From the NCBI GenBank assembly GCA_965644265.1, contig OZ286463.1, positions 105,338,001 to 105,402,000 of the forward strand: 64,000 bases of DNA. Direction: 5' to 3'. Every line of letters starts with the position of its first letter. Positions within the stretch are counted from its first letter, which is position 1. The position numbers and the translations under genes were made by a program. This stretch comes from Glycera tridactyla. Taxonomy: Eukaryota. Under the pieces are notes generated by a model. The model was not told where the DNA came from. It did not search any database and worked only from the letters and a program-made list of their open reading frames with translations. Of the stretch, positions 25,301 to 38,010 are shown one piece after another.

Positions 25301-26699
25301 TACCAACATGAACAGCTGTTTCAGTCACGTGACTCGATCACCTCGTGGATCGTTCACCAAATCTGCGCCCCGACAGTCAGTTAGATGACAAAGAACCGAG
25401 GATACGGATCGAGAGCTACCGTATGTGTGCTTTACTCAGTGTGTGGTTTGTTCGTTTGTTTGTTTGAGTTTACCGTCACTTGAACCCACTTGCGTTATAT
25501 CGGACTGAAAAAAACAAACTGAAAATGCCGAAGTACAGAGTCACCGCCACAGAGGGCCGTCCCTACTCTATTCGGTTTAAACCTTACAAAAGTGAACGAT
25601 TTCTCTCACATCTCTCTGTTCATTGATTATGTTGGTGAGCATTCGGAGAATAATGGCTCAATCATAAGATATCCGGTGAATTATAAAAAAAAACCTCGAC
25701 GATCTGATCAGATAGCAAGCAGGCCCTTCACATGACGAATGGGCTCAACGCATGATATATCACATGAAATGCCAGGATTTCTCGCATCAGCTCACATGGT
25801 AGCGTCACGAACTTCATGTCCATATGCCGCCTCTGACACTAGTCTTGCCTGATAGTGAAGTCAAGATGCAGTCAATGTCCGCCGTTAGGCCGATCAATGA
25901 TCAACATGGTTACTCTAAATAATGTACTGCCCGCCATTACCATATCCTCGACCCCCCCCCCCCCCGAGGGGCCTACCTCTCCACCTAGCCCCATGTTCTA
26001 TTTGCTGGCCCACGTCATTTCATCGCATCTCGGTCGATATTAGCCAGGGTGCTCATGATATATCACCGATGATCCCACCGATGATTCCACACGGAGGTTT
26101 TTGTCAAAATTCGAAAGATAATTTCTCCTTTTCTTCACACATTCATGCATCCATTTACCATAGGTTCCTCGACCCTTTCCCCCTTTCTTCTCCTCTCATA
26201 CCTCAATTCAGAATTCCACTCTCTTCCACTCACCCTCTCCCTCTCTCTCACTCGTTCTCTCTTCCTTTCTCTATCATACATTACTCATTTATTGTGACGG
26301 TTAGTTGCACGAGCATACCATCATTTGTTCACTTCATAACACAATGGCCAAAAATGGTACCACGTTAATCAATTTCTTGTCCATAGGATAGAAGAATCTT
26401 TTTCAAAATCATAAATAATTCATTGAGTGACTCCCACCTCCCGTCGGGGATTTTGATGTACGTCACGATATAGCACTTGCGTCAAATCTGAAGTGGGTTC
26501 AACCTAAGCTGAATCTAATAACCCATGAAAGAGTCACTTGAATATTGAATGATGAATCATGTCATCAAATACTCGTTTCCCATCGAAAAGGAAAGAATGA
26601 GGATCCAAGTTATCATGTTCATCTACAGCATTTGACACTCAATAGCATATGGAAAATCACCATCAAACATTGCAGGAGACAGAATGCTCCAGAACGTGG

Positions 26700-27700
26700 T
26701 ATAGTCATTATGGGATGTGATCAACCATACTCGGTCTTCTGGGAATCTGGGACGGAGTGAGAAAGATAATAGATATTAGTGTGGTGCTGTGATCCAAAGT
26801 ATCGATAGCCAACTGGATATTGTTAATCGAATGGTAAAAGCAGAGGTTCAGATTAAAATAGATGAGCTCTGTGATTGCACAAAAAAAGTCCCCATTGATC
26901 ACATTTTTGCTAGCACCTCCTGCTGGCTGAAAAACGGTTTCATTCTTTCCAGGCAATGCTGTTACCAGTTGTAACTCATCTCCCGAGATAATAGGACTAG
27001 GTCACAAGAAGAGGAATTTCTCAATACTGGAGAGGTTTGCCAATTATCAGACATTTCCAAAACAATGGATATCGAGAATTTCCATAACAGATCAAATTCC
27101 AACGGATTCCCTCTATGGAGGCGATGATTGCCATGTTGAAGTCTCAGAGTGATCAATCTGGTGTTCAAGTGCCATTAACAAGAAGGTATGCTCTTCAGCG
27201 ATTCCCAATAACTGCTCAATGATTCTGTTGCTCATCACAGGGACAATACTAAGTCTGAGTACAAAATGGAAATGATAGGGCGGCAACAACAATTGTTCTC
27301 AAGGATTTTCAAGACGGATACATATGAGGTCCCAGTAGAATCAGTCCTCGCTAAGATGGACAACTTTCGAATATGTGCCATTAGCGAAAAATAATTGTCG
27401 TCAACGATTGTTAATGACTGGATAATGATGTGGATGCTGATCTAGATGGCTATACTGAGACCATGTACTGAATGTGACTTATAGCAAGTTAGTGAATAAT
27501 GGGTACAGCACTGTTGGGGGTGGCATAAAGAGGTCTGCAACAGACAGGCCAATGTATTTGATGGTACCATATCCTGCTGAGATCAAATGGATGCTCACAC
27601 TTCACACTAGGCCATTTTTACTCGATAAGCATACCTTTCCTGGCACATATAATCTACCCTGCACAACGCTTTCAATACAACCTGCCCGGATCAGAAAAGA
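26700..27700 (+). mobile_element. I-group LINE fragment (end of RT, RNase H, C-terminal knuckle)
   Basis: IDSQLD (cf. IRSKLD), MLFSDSQ*LL (~27190, cf. IFSDSLS.L), *GPSRIS (cf. WVPSHIG) and LHTRPFLL...P...C (cf. GHTRLTH.YLL...P.C). Confidence 0.4.
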
Positions 27701-28369
27701 ACAATTTTGGTATGTGGTCTTTCTTCATATTTGGAAGGATTTGACTTGACTGTTTTTCCTTCTCAGACAGGCATGTTCAAAATTTTTGAGTTCTGTGATG
27801 ACGTGATGATGAGATGAAAGGCAATTGTCTGGTTGTGATTAGTTTTCCCAAGATGCCAGATTCCTGTGATCTTATGCGTGAAATCTCGCCAATCTTGAAC
27901 TGAAACTGATGGATAGAATGGTGGTCATTCTACCTGTGTTTCAGCCAGTTCGACGTGTAGCTTCCGCAGGCACCTATTACTCATATGGAATACAGACTTT
28001 CCTATACACATACCCGGTGATTGGGTGAATAACGAGAGTAACTGAATTGGACTTTTGTCTCCGGTGTAAATGTCTATGGCATCAAAGCTAATTTCCATGT
28101 GGAAGTTTGATTGTGTGACTGGCGGGAAGAGGCCACAACATTAGTTCATTGATGTGTATTTGGGCAATCTGACTATAGGTTCCTGAATCCGAAATATGAG
28201 TCCTTGTGATAGCAGGTGACATGGGGTGAAGTGTTAATTGGGTGGTATAAAGCGTAGATAGTTTGTCAGATGCAATGTAGTCTATGAAATATCTGAGACA
28301 GGTATGAGAGATAAGTGTAGAGACGGGTCCCTTGTATGGCTATTTATTATTCATGATAGCTTTTGCCAG

Positions 28370-28760
28370 AATCATCAGAACAATACATATGCTAATATCA
28401 GCCTATACGTAATCAGGAACGTGATCCCATTTTGTGTTCGGGAAAGGATGGGCTGACCCAATCCTGGTTTGATTGGCACAATACTGAAAAAAACTCAACA
28501 AAGGATCAGTTCCATCGTAATGTATCATGGATATCATAAAGTGACTTTTCTACACCCAGGTCACTGTGCCCTTATTACAATTGCTTCCTTGATTTCTTTC
28601 ACCTGACGTCGTTGTAGTTTTCAAAAATTCATTCTTAATCTTTTCTTGATCCGATTCGGTCCTTTTTCGATGACTACTTTATTCGATGACTAGACACAAC
28701 CCATGCCACTTGCCATTTCTCTCCTGGATCTTTCTGTTTTTTTGGATCCAATTGCCTAAA
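28370..28760 (-). mobile_element. Ty3/Gypsy integrase zinc-finger relic
   Basis: GHSDLGVEKSL...W...VEFF..LCQ (cf. H.GHLGVEKT...YWP...V..C..CQ) followed by HPFPNTKWDHV (cf. P.P..PW.HV..D). Confidence 0.45.
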
Positions 28761-30016
28761 CTAAAAATGCCTATCAATCTGAACAAGAAGATCCACCTGG
28801 AATCTCGACGAGTCGGAGCAGACTGGCATGAGCTGACCTTCGTGAACTAATTCCAACTGATGTTAAGCTATCTAGCTACATCATTATTAAATTGATTGAT
28901 TATTGAATGAAAAGGTAGGTAACCAACGAGCTGCCTGACAGATGATATGAAATATCATTCATTACAAGTGGTGAAATCATGACAGTTCATGAATTGAGTG
29001 GTCCAAGCTGAAATATTGCAGCTGATTATGACGCACTATTGTTGACAAATATGATATACGAAACAAGCCGAGCTGGCACAGATGGTGAAAGAGTGTGGTG
29101 ATGGTGGGTTCTATACTATCTGTTCAGGTGTCGCCCTCTATACCCATTCAAAATCCCACGATAATAATATCTGTCCATTTACAAAATTATACTAAAAAAA
29201 GCTTGCTATCTCGTGCCTCGATCTGTCGTGATTTCCAACTTCTAAATAATTATCCAATCTTTATTATTACACAGATATCTATTCATTAGATATAAATTCT
29301 GTTTATTACGATTGGAAACCGTGGAAATTTTGTAATTTCTAAGTTTGAGAAATGAAATATCATATCATATTTGCCCAATGATACGGATGGTCACTACTTA
29401 TGTGAATTCTGAAATAGCCGGAATCATCACCCCTTCTCAAGCGAAATCACCCGTACAATAGAGCGAGCCTACAGTCACTAGCTATGGTGACGTCAAATGG
29501 GTGGGACCCTGAGCACCCATTAAGAGCTGCAACTCCCACAGAGACAGCAGAGAGATATTGCCCATACTCCATACTCAGCGGCACGCAACATTAGCAGACC
29601 GTTAACTGGGGACACCAACCAGGCCTTTAAGAAACGGCACTTCTATCTCCAGAGTTGCTAAGAACATAGATACATCAGGTAATCCCCAGGTGAATCAAAA
29701 CGCTGACCCGCGACTAGTAGTATCTTCCTGATCTTAATGTCTGAATAGTTCCACCATATTACTTTTTGACATCCTACTACCATATCTATTGCATTTTTCT
29801 ATTTATCTCCTACATCTTCCATCTAGTTGTGTGTGAATTAGCATTTTCCCGGTCAATACTCGTGAGTGATTTGCCTATGTACCTTATGTGTATATTCCAT
29901 ATATGTCACTGAGTAAACTAATACAATACCTGCCAGAAATTCAAATACAAATTCGGATATAGTTAATTTCCTGTCGGTATCTGATTATAGACTGCTCTCA
30001 TAATAGGCTTATCGAG

Positions 30017-30100
30017 ATTCAAATTCAAATTCAAAAGAACTTTATTTAAACTCGCAGTAACAAATATACAGAATATATAGAAGGACCGCAGTTAGCTAAT
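30017..30100 (-). mobile_element. Probable 3' terminus of a LINE/SINE with tandem-repeat tail
   Basis: The minus strand reads ...AATAAA-GTTCT-(TTTGAA)3, i.e. a polyadenylation-like signal followed by a short tandem tail, as in CR1/L2-type elements. No coding motif was recognised. Confidence 0.4.
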
Positions 30101-31299
30101 TGTAAAAGATGAAGCCGATGGAGGTCTCAACAGATCTCACTTCATCTGAAATGAAGAAGCGTGTAATTTCCTTATCTACGAGGAAGTCAAAATGTTGCAC
30201 AACTCAACCCGTATTTCCATAATGAGGGGGGGGGGGGGAGGAAACAGATTATCATCATCTCTCACCAAAGTACGGTATTAACGATGCCATCTTATTCCGT
30301 CATAGGTGAGGACCAAAATTTGAAATATGGATCAAGCAGAAGAGGATAACGTTAGTGACCATATAGGATTGATAGGACTCATCTTTTCCCAACTAAGTGT
30401 TAAAGGGCCTCTCAAATAGTGGACTGAGTGCCTAGAGTAGGACCTGCGTCAAGCATGTTTCTGTGCACATTTAGTCAGTGGTTCGGACTCGCATCGTAAA
30501 GCAGCCACGAGGACGTATTCGGTCAAGACTGAATCTGATTTGCTCATCACTGCATGGCAGGTGGTTCAGAAAATAGGACGAAATAAATCATGAAGGACAG
30601 ACGGTTTGCGCCAAGATAGCTAGAGCAACGCATAATTTCATTGCCATGCTACACGATTACTAGCGAGCAGTCAAGGTAATTGCGGTGGGGAGTTAACTTC
30701 ATTACAATTCTTCAACTCAATATTGCCAAATAAATTACTTTTTTATGCATCTGTGCCTACGCGCAGATGCGTTAATTTACTGTTAGTGTATTTGATTGAG
30801 TTAGACAATATTGGTCGGGAATGTGATGGGCAATTGTAACCATAATGGTTATTATTTAACAATAGCAAAACACCGATTTCGTCCTCTATTACCATTCACA
30901 CTCTAATCCTTCTCCTAGTGACTATAACTCCTTTGATAAACATCATTGGCANNNNNNNNNNNNNNNNNNNNNNNNNNNNNNNNNNNNNNNNNNNNNNNNN
31001 NNNNNNNNNNNNNNNNNNNNNNNNNNNNNNNNNNNNNNNNNNNNNNNNNNNNNNNNNNNNNNNNNNNNNNNNNNNNNNNNNNNNNNNNNNNNNNNNNNNN
31101 NNNNNNNNNNNNNNNNNNNNNNNNNNNNNNNNNNNNNNNNNNNCAATCAGAAAATGATTATGATTTCAACTAGTGTTAATTATATCACCACATCGTTCTC
31201 ATCATCATAGCAGTTATCATTCCCGATGGGTGGGTCACCGTAATTGCTCTCAAGATTTTTGTTATTTTCGGATTGATACAGTGGTATGCCCGAGTCCTT

Positions 31300-31700
31300 G
31301 TTCTGAGACGTGCCTGATTTCACGATTTCGTATCTCGTTTCAAAGTTGTCTCTTCTTCATTGTAGTGACTTTGCCGTAGATTCGGGGCTTGCAATCATTC
31401 CTAGTATAGCGGTTGCTATGTTTTCGTTAGTTGGTCCAACCCTTGTCTGCTGTATTTCCTTCCACCGGGTCTTGCATGTTCCCTACTCTACATGCATTTT
31501 GTTGCACACATCATATTATTGGTGCAGGTCTATCTAGGACGAGTGTGCCAACAGGAATGGGATATATGCTCCTGCATGGCGCGCATGAGGCGCCAGGGTC
31601 ATTTAGTGACCTGTGATGTACACCAGATGGCACTCTGCAGGCATTCCTGCCGGGCTTATACCCGTTAGGTTGGAGGCGTTAGATGGATACAAATTGAATT
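31300..31700 (-). mobile_element. Ty3/Gypsy integrase C-terminal relic
   Basis: NLTGISPAGM (cf. TG.SPAEL) and PRIYGKV...RNREIRH (cf. PRSY.V...RRNRRHL). Confidence 0.4.
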
Positions 31701-31849
31701 CGCTGCAATGACATTCATGCACATGTTCATGGATTCAATCCGAAGAGTGATTCTGTATCAGGAGGTCACCAGACCATCAGAAGTTGACGAAAATGACACC
31801 AAGTACCTAATTGCTCGATTGATGTTGCTGTTCCATGTACCACTTGCAC

Positions 31850-34800
31850 AATTTTCAATTAGAACAGAAAAAATAAAATTCTGCTGCAATTTGGATTTAG
31901 ATTTCTATGCTTCCCACCACAACAATGGGCTCTGTGAGGTGTATACCCCTTGATTAAAAAAATTACCAATGCCAGGCTATCATCCTCCATACCCACAAAT
32001 GTCTCCATTACAGTGAAGGGGAATAGTGCAGTGATGGCCTTTGCTATAATACCTGGATGAATAAATTTCCTCATTTGATTGCGGTGACATAAGGGCATGG
32101 CTGATAGTCACCATTACGCTAAGAGCTTTTGGAATAAGAGATACATGCACATGGCCTCCAAAATAAAATATGGTATTCTATGCTTCTTTCAGAAAACAAT
32201 GAAATACCGATTGCATGTTCTCTGACCACACACTGAATTTCTCAGGGATTAGATGGATCTGCAGTATTCGCATGAGCTGTTGTCAGCCAGGAATACTTTT
32301 TAGTCTGATCCAAGCTATCGAATATACCATTCATATTGTTAAAGAATGTTATTACAATCAGTATTGTCTAATGTACATTTGCTTTGCGATTTATGCGTCC
32401 TATATCAATGTGAATCGATGTCAACTCGGATATGAGAGAGCCGCCTGGTTCGGAATATTTTCATTGTATCATTGCTGAGATCAAATTGCGAAGAGATATT
32501 CAGACAACAGACTGATGCATATCAAAGAGTCCTACACTCATACGCATGATATATGTGATATTCATTGATATATGCACGATCAGACTGCTTACCATTGTGG
32601 ATATTGGAGGAGGTGGACTGTTGGGCTTTGTGGTCTTTGGCTCATGAATCTTGAAATGTATTCCACAGATAGCTGTTGGAAAGTAGCAATAAATAGATGT
32701 CTACTATATAGAGAATCAAGGTTGCCAGTTCATATGACGATTGGTCCTGTCTTCAGGATCGTTAGTGGTCATTGAAAAATAGTCTTGGTTCATGACATTA
32801 ACATGAGTCAGCATAGTACAGGCTCTTGACATATGGCCATTATTCCCAGGCATATCATATTATATCTTCCTCACGCTCTATCTTTTGCCCAAAAATGACT
32901 CAGTGAATATATCTCAGACAATATGAATTCTATCCGACATTCTGAGATAGACATGACATGAAGGAATATAAGGTCATATGATTGTTGGATTAATGTTGGC
33001 AGGCATTGATGTTTGTAGTGACATTATTGTGGTTTGGCAAGAATGCAGGGATCATTCCAGCGTACAGACTCAGTGTTGTTCTTGGTCACGCTGGCAAGCC
33101 ATCTATTCTTATTACCGCAGCAGCGAAAGGCACAAAATAGGAATGACAAAACTGACATGACATAAATGGCAGCAAGCATAGCACAAAGCGTACCAGATCT
33201 CTCTCAAAAATATAGCTCTATAGTGGGGGGGGGGGGGCACTTCTCTAATTCTGTCTACTCAATTGGCACTAGTTTCCGGACAGACATGATCAATTATCAT
33301 CTGACAGTGATTGCTAATGCGACATTTCTTGAATATCGGAAACTGATCACAATCATTCATTTCTGCCTTTTGTCAACGATGGAACTTGGTTTGGAGCGTG
33401 AAAACCATCAATGAATATAAGTGTCCTTTTCGCACTTCATTTCTGAATTACATGAATCCACTCTTAAAGCAAGCGACTTTCACAGAGCTTCATATAATTA
33501 TTTTTTACGCCGAGGATCCAGAAGAAGGAGTCTGACTGCTCGTGCCCATGCCCATCGCATGGGCGTCCCAAAATAATCCTGCTGGCACTGATGAGTCTTG
33601 AACGAACATCCAACCAAAAATAGCAGCTTTGTGGATGCGACCCCAACCTCCATTGTTTCATAAAAAAGAAGACTCATGTGGTAAAATGAGCCTAATGGAG
33701 AGAAAGGGACCTCCCTGTGTTGAGGAATGAGTGAGATAGCCAGGATGCTTGGGGTATTTGTTGCCTATTATATAGACATCATTTATGTGCTTGCAGCAGA
33801 CAATATGGCCGGGTGCAGCTTATGGTTACATTGTCCACAAATAAGCCGGATAAATACACTAGGCAATAAAAATGACAAACGTCTGACCGACGTTCCTCTC
33901 GGCGATCAACCCAGATGGTCAGATTTCCATGAGGCCAGAGTTTTTTTGAGATCATCACAGCCGTGACAAATCTGCGACGGATTTTACATTTCCATCAACT
34001 GTATCTCTCTGTGTCAATACTTAGTAAAATGATTAAGGATCTTCTATCTTCATCGTCGGCGCATTGCCAATATATTTGCAAAGTTCTGAGGAGGCTAGGC
34101 GTTCCGCTCTTGGTTTGCCAGCCAGAAGTTGGAGATGTATGCAACCAGGCCTAATTCGTATCATCCCACTGCATTGATGATGCATACGTCGGATCAGTAC
34201 ACTTTTTTTCAAGAATTCCTCTCTTGAAAGAAAACAGATATCTGCTCCGAATCAAGGCCAGGAATAAGGGATGATACTCGTTGATTGGCACATCCCCCAC
34301 CAACACACAGCTAGTGGCAAGTTAGGTGCAGACACTTCGGTTCTCAACTGAGCAGCATGGTTGACAACAGTGAGCATGGCTCCACATCGGACGGGTGACC
34401 AAAATGGACAATGTTCACCATTCCATACCGGATCTGTGCCATCACACAGATCTGTGTGGCGGTAACAGAGTGGAACCTCTGTACTCCACCACTTCACCAC
34501 ACTGGGTTTGAATGGGTACTTGGCAATAGGCAATGACCGTGATTGTAGAGTCCTCAGCCCATGCATTCAAGTCAGCGTCTGTGGTTGCATACCCCCCATG
34601 GAGATGAGAAAGGCTCAAGCTTAAACAGGCCTGCCAAGGAATGTAATTGAAGTCAAGTGAACTTGCTAAGAATACCAGACTATGGAACACTACATTCACA
34701 TTTTTTTACTTTCACAATTCTCCGTATGATGGTACTGCCCGCTCTTCCATACCGTTTGAATCGCACAGGCCAAGTTTTCTCTCGTTATGAATTTCAGGCA

Positions 34801-37750
34801 GGACGGCATATTACGCAAATGTGAGACTCACACATTCATACATTTTTTAATTTCAATTCTCGTCGTTATGGCAGTAGCATTTTCGACCACATTTCCGATA
34901 TAGAGGCCATTATCACAAGGATATGACATTTTCAGTGAAGCATCAGGTGTCGGTTATTGCGTGTAATACTTCACATTTGGATGAGATCTACTTCTTGGTG
35001 ATTTCTCTCCCATACAGTGTGATGAATGCAAAGATTTATGACCGAAATACCAGACTCCGTATGAATTTCGCCGGACGTCACTCGGCCACCGGTCTTGTGA
35101 CTTCCTGCAATATTTACACCTAGTTTGGTATTGCCATTTTACTTCACAGTCATATATCATTGCTGAAGTATCCCAAATACAGAGTTGAGCATCATGGGTC
35201 TGACTGATCACGTGTCATTCCCACTGATGAAAGACGAGAATGTTACGAGAGATGTCATGTCGTAGTATTTTGCTCTATATTGCCAAGCAAACTTTGGACA
35301 TCCAAGTAGGGTTACGTATCTTGGCTTGACAGATAAAACGGTCCCCATTCTTTCAAGGAATAGCATGGAGTGCCCGTCTGAAATCAAGCCATCATTCATG
35401 TCTGCAATAAGAGATATCGCAGTAATTGGCTGTCTCTTAGTGGAAACACAGTAGGATGATACCATCGTTCTAATGTTGTAACAAATCAATTTTGAATTTT
35501 TGTAACTGGTCTAGATATCATCAAACGCAGACACCAGTCAAGTACAATATATTCCAGAGCATGAATCACTGAATAAGAAATGAAGCTTATTTCTCACTCA
35601 GCATTGAGCCTCTATATCCGCCCAACCTCAACCTTATCATATATATGTTGTCTGTTCTCCAATGGGGATTTCATTCTAGTGAACCTCATCATGTCTGCTC
35701 AGATTATGATGACCAGAACTCTCCACCTACGATCGCACATCTTCCCGGAATACTTGAAGGCCGCTTGGTCACTACTATGATGTCTCTGTTAGGTCATGCA
35801 AGAAACTGTGGCGATATCTCGATATTTGCCATGATAATCGGATAAACATGAGATATTTGGTAATATTGCATATTGTGAAAACGAAGAAATAATCCATGTA
35901 GCCCCTCATCTGGTCTGCCCGAGACCTATTATCTGGAAATGATGTCATGCAGATTTTTTTTATGAATTGCTAGAAACTTATGGCGGAATTATAACGTGTG
36001 TGGTTTCAGAGAGACTTCTTCTTTGTGTTGGCTGGCATGGCGACTATAGAAATGGATGCAGATAATGAGTTTTGTGAAATACCATTCATGTAGATATCTC
36101 AATATTTTATCAATCCTGCTGATCATGCTGAAATGTAAGAATCTACAGCTAGTATCATTGCCTCCTGCCCATAATGCACTAGACGTTGCATCAATGACAT
36201 GAGTGCTGTGGTAATCTCCGGTTAGAATGAATATTCAGTTCCCAAATGCCTGTTGAGATTCGCATAACAGAATCATAATTGACACGAATGTTGACTTCGT
36301 GAAATGAAGATCACTTCATTCAAAGTTGAACAATTCGCGGGCATTTCCACTAATCATTTCCAGTCCTGATTGTTTTTCTCAGCCAGAATAATAGCAAGCA
36401 GGTGTCATAGATCCACACGACTTCATTCATAGTGTAGAAAACAGCCTCAATAAATGTTCCCGTTCATTGAAGTCAATCAATGACCGCAGCCGATCATTAT
36501 GACTCCACTGATTTGCATGTATTAGAAAGAAGCTTCCTTTATTCTCCTCGACCTCGACATGTTCAGCCTACCCATGTTCATGCACATAATTCGATGGCCA
36601 ATGTCCTGATGAATTTCCGGAGCTCTGGAAGCCACTCCGAGCCCGGGAAACTGCCAATGTCGCGCTCAACCTTCCAAGGATGATGTGGTTACTGGGTATA
36701 ACAGATGTGTTATTACTGAGATGGGCAGGCGCAAGTTGTCAGCGACGATAAATAATATCGGAAATAATGAAATAACGGTGATATGATGGTGATATTAGTC
36801 ATAATAAAAAACTGACACCTGTCAGTCTAGGGACGAAATGATCAAGGTTGTGACAGGAGGGCAACAATATTTTTGCAATAATGTGATATATTCGGGCGGA
36901 ATTGAATTATCAAGAGGAAGCATGTGCATGTTGCATCCAATCAGGAGAGAGATAGCTGTCTCGTTGAATTGTGAGATTGTCAGATCTCTCTATAACGATG
37001 CTAGATGGCTTCTGCATATTATCACCTTGTGTTTGAATTGTGCTGTGATGTGTGTGCTTGCGCCAGTGATGATAGTGAGGGGGATTTTGCTGTGAAGAGT
37101 AAATATTTGTGGGTATACAAAGAACGCTACTTCGAACGCCCAGAAAGCCCTACAAACAAACCTTGGGACACTTTTATCGTCAGCTTGAGGAAAGTCTGCA
37201 TGATTTGTTCAGAGAGGATCAAGTGCGCCTCTTCAGAAAACGGGTGCAGCTCAGAGGTGATTCTCCCAATATCGCTACATAAATATTGCGGTCAAGACAG
37301 GTAATCCTTCGGTATCTCTTAATGATTTTGTCTATGAGGTGGATCTCTGTTTCTGTAATCAAGGTACTTCACACCGCTGTCTTTGTTGCTCTATTGAGGG
37401 CTATCCTCCAGTGAGTAGAATGATTGATATTCCCCCTAACTGAATTCTTTCTTTAGTGAGATGAATGTTCCGAGCTTCTTCGATTTGTGTGACTCCTAAT
37501 CCATCTACGATCTATTCGGTTTCTATTGTTATCTCGACCACAGTCCTTTCGCTCGCATTTACTCTGAGTTCGATCAGCAGTTTGCTTCTGCCTCCTGTTG
37601 ATTCACACCCACTGACGGACCCTCACCACGTGGTTGTCCACTCCTTCGAATAATTCATCAAGGGTTTCTAGAGAAGTGATCAAAGGATGAGCTCATACAG
37701 CGAGACACCACCATATTTTTCCGTCGGAGACGGTACTATTTTCACTTTGG
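31850..37750 (-). mobile_element. Near-full-length fossil I-group LINE (ORF1 + EN-RT-RNase H-knuckle ORF2)
   Basis: Colinear motifs: ORF1 SKLLIEL (37566-37586, cf. SGDLLIE); EN ILTGDYHSTH..ALW (36198-36228, cf. LLGDFNAH..LWG); RT LASSELCK (~34085), TQGGPFLS (~33705-33720), SCYFWLDV (~33610) and ESRLL*EWIHVIQK* (~33430-33480, cf. ERQLQ.CLNKIQKW); RTTLSLY (cf. RTTLL.LY); RNase H LADNSS (32274-32291) and YFIVF*; C-terminal GYTPHRAH (~31925-31950, cf. GHTRLTH). Spacing from the CK motif to QG (~123 codons) and from QG to the DD position (~36 codons) fits the family. Confidence 0.65.
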
Positions 37751-38010
37751 GATTCCCCCTCAATCTAGACATCGGAGCTTCGAGTACGGGAATCACAGGA
37801 GACCGCAAAGTGACAGGGGACAATCGGCTCCCCCGGGAACCCTCGATCGCCTGGCGGGTACCTACGTTGCANNNNNNNNNNNNNNNNNNNNNNNNNNNNN
37901 NNNNNNNNNNNNNNNNNNNNNNNNNNNNNNNNNNNNNNNNNNNNNNNNNNNNNNNNNNNNNNNNNNNNNNNNNNNNNNNNNNNNNNNNNNNNNNNNNNNN
38001 NNNNNNNNNN

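Noticed and set aside
25543-25560. CCGCCACAGAGGGC, CTCF-like motif
   Set aside because: Only about 9 of 12 core positions match, which is expected by chance in 64 kb.
27070-27185. Exon-like segment IKFQRIPSMEAMIAMLKSQSDQSGVQVPLTRR ending at AG|GTATGC
   Set aside because: The acceptor is weak, and the region overlaps LINE RNase H motifs in another frame.
32550-34250. Initial reading as Gypsy RNase H-integrase on the minus strand
   Set aside because: LINE RT motifs fit with correct inter-motif spacing and are colinear with the upstream endonuclease and downstream RNase H. The Gypsy matches were weaker.
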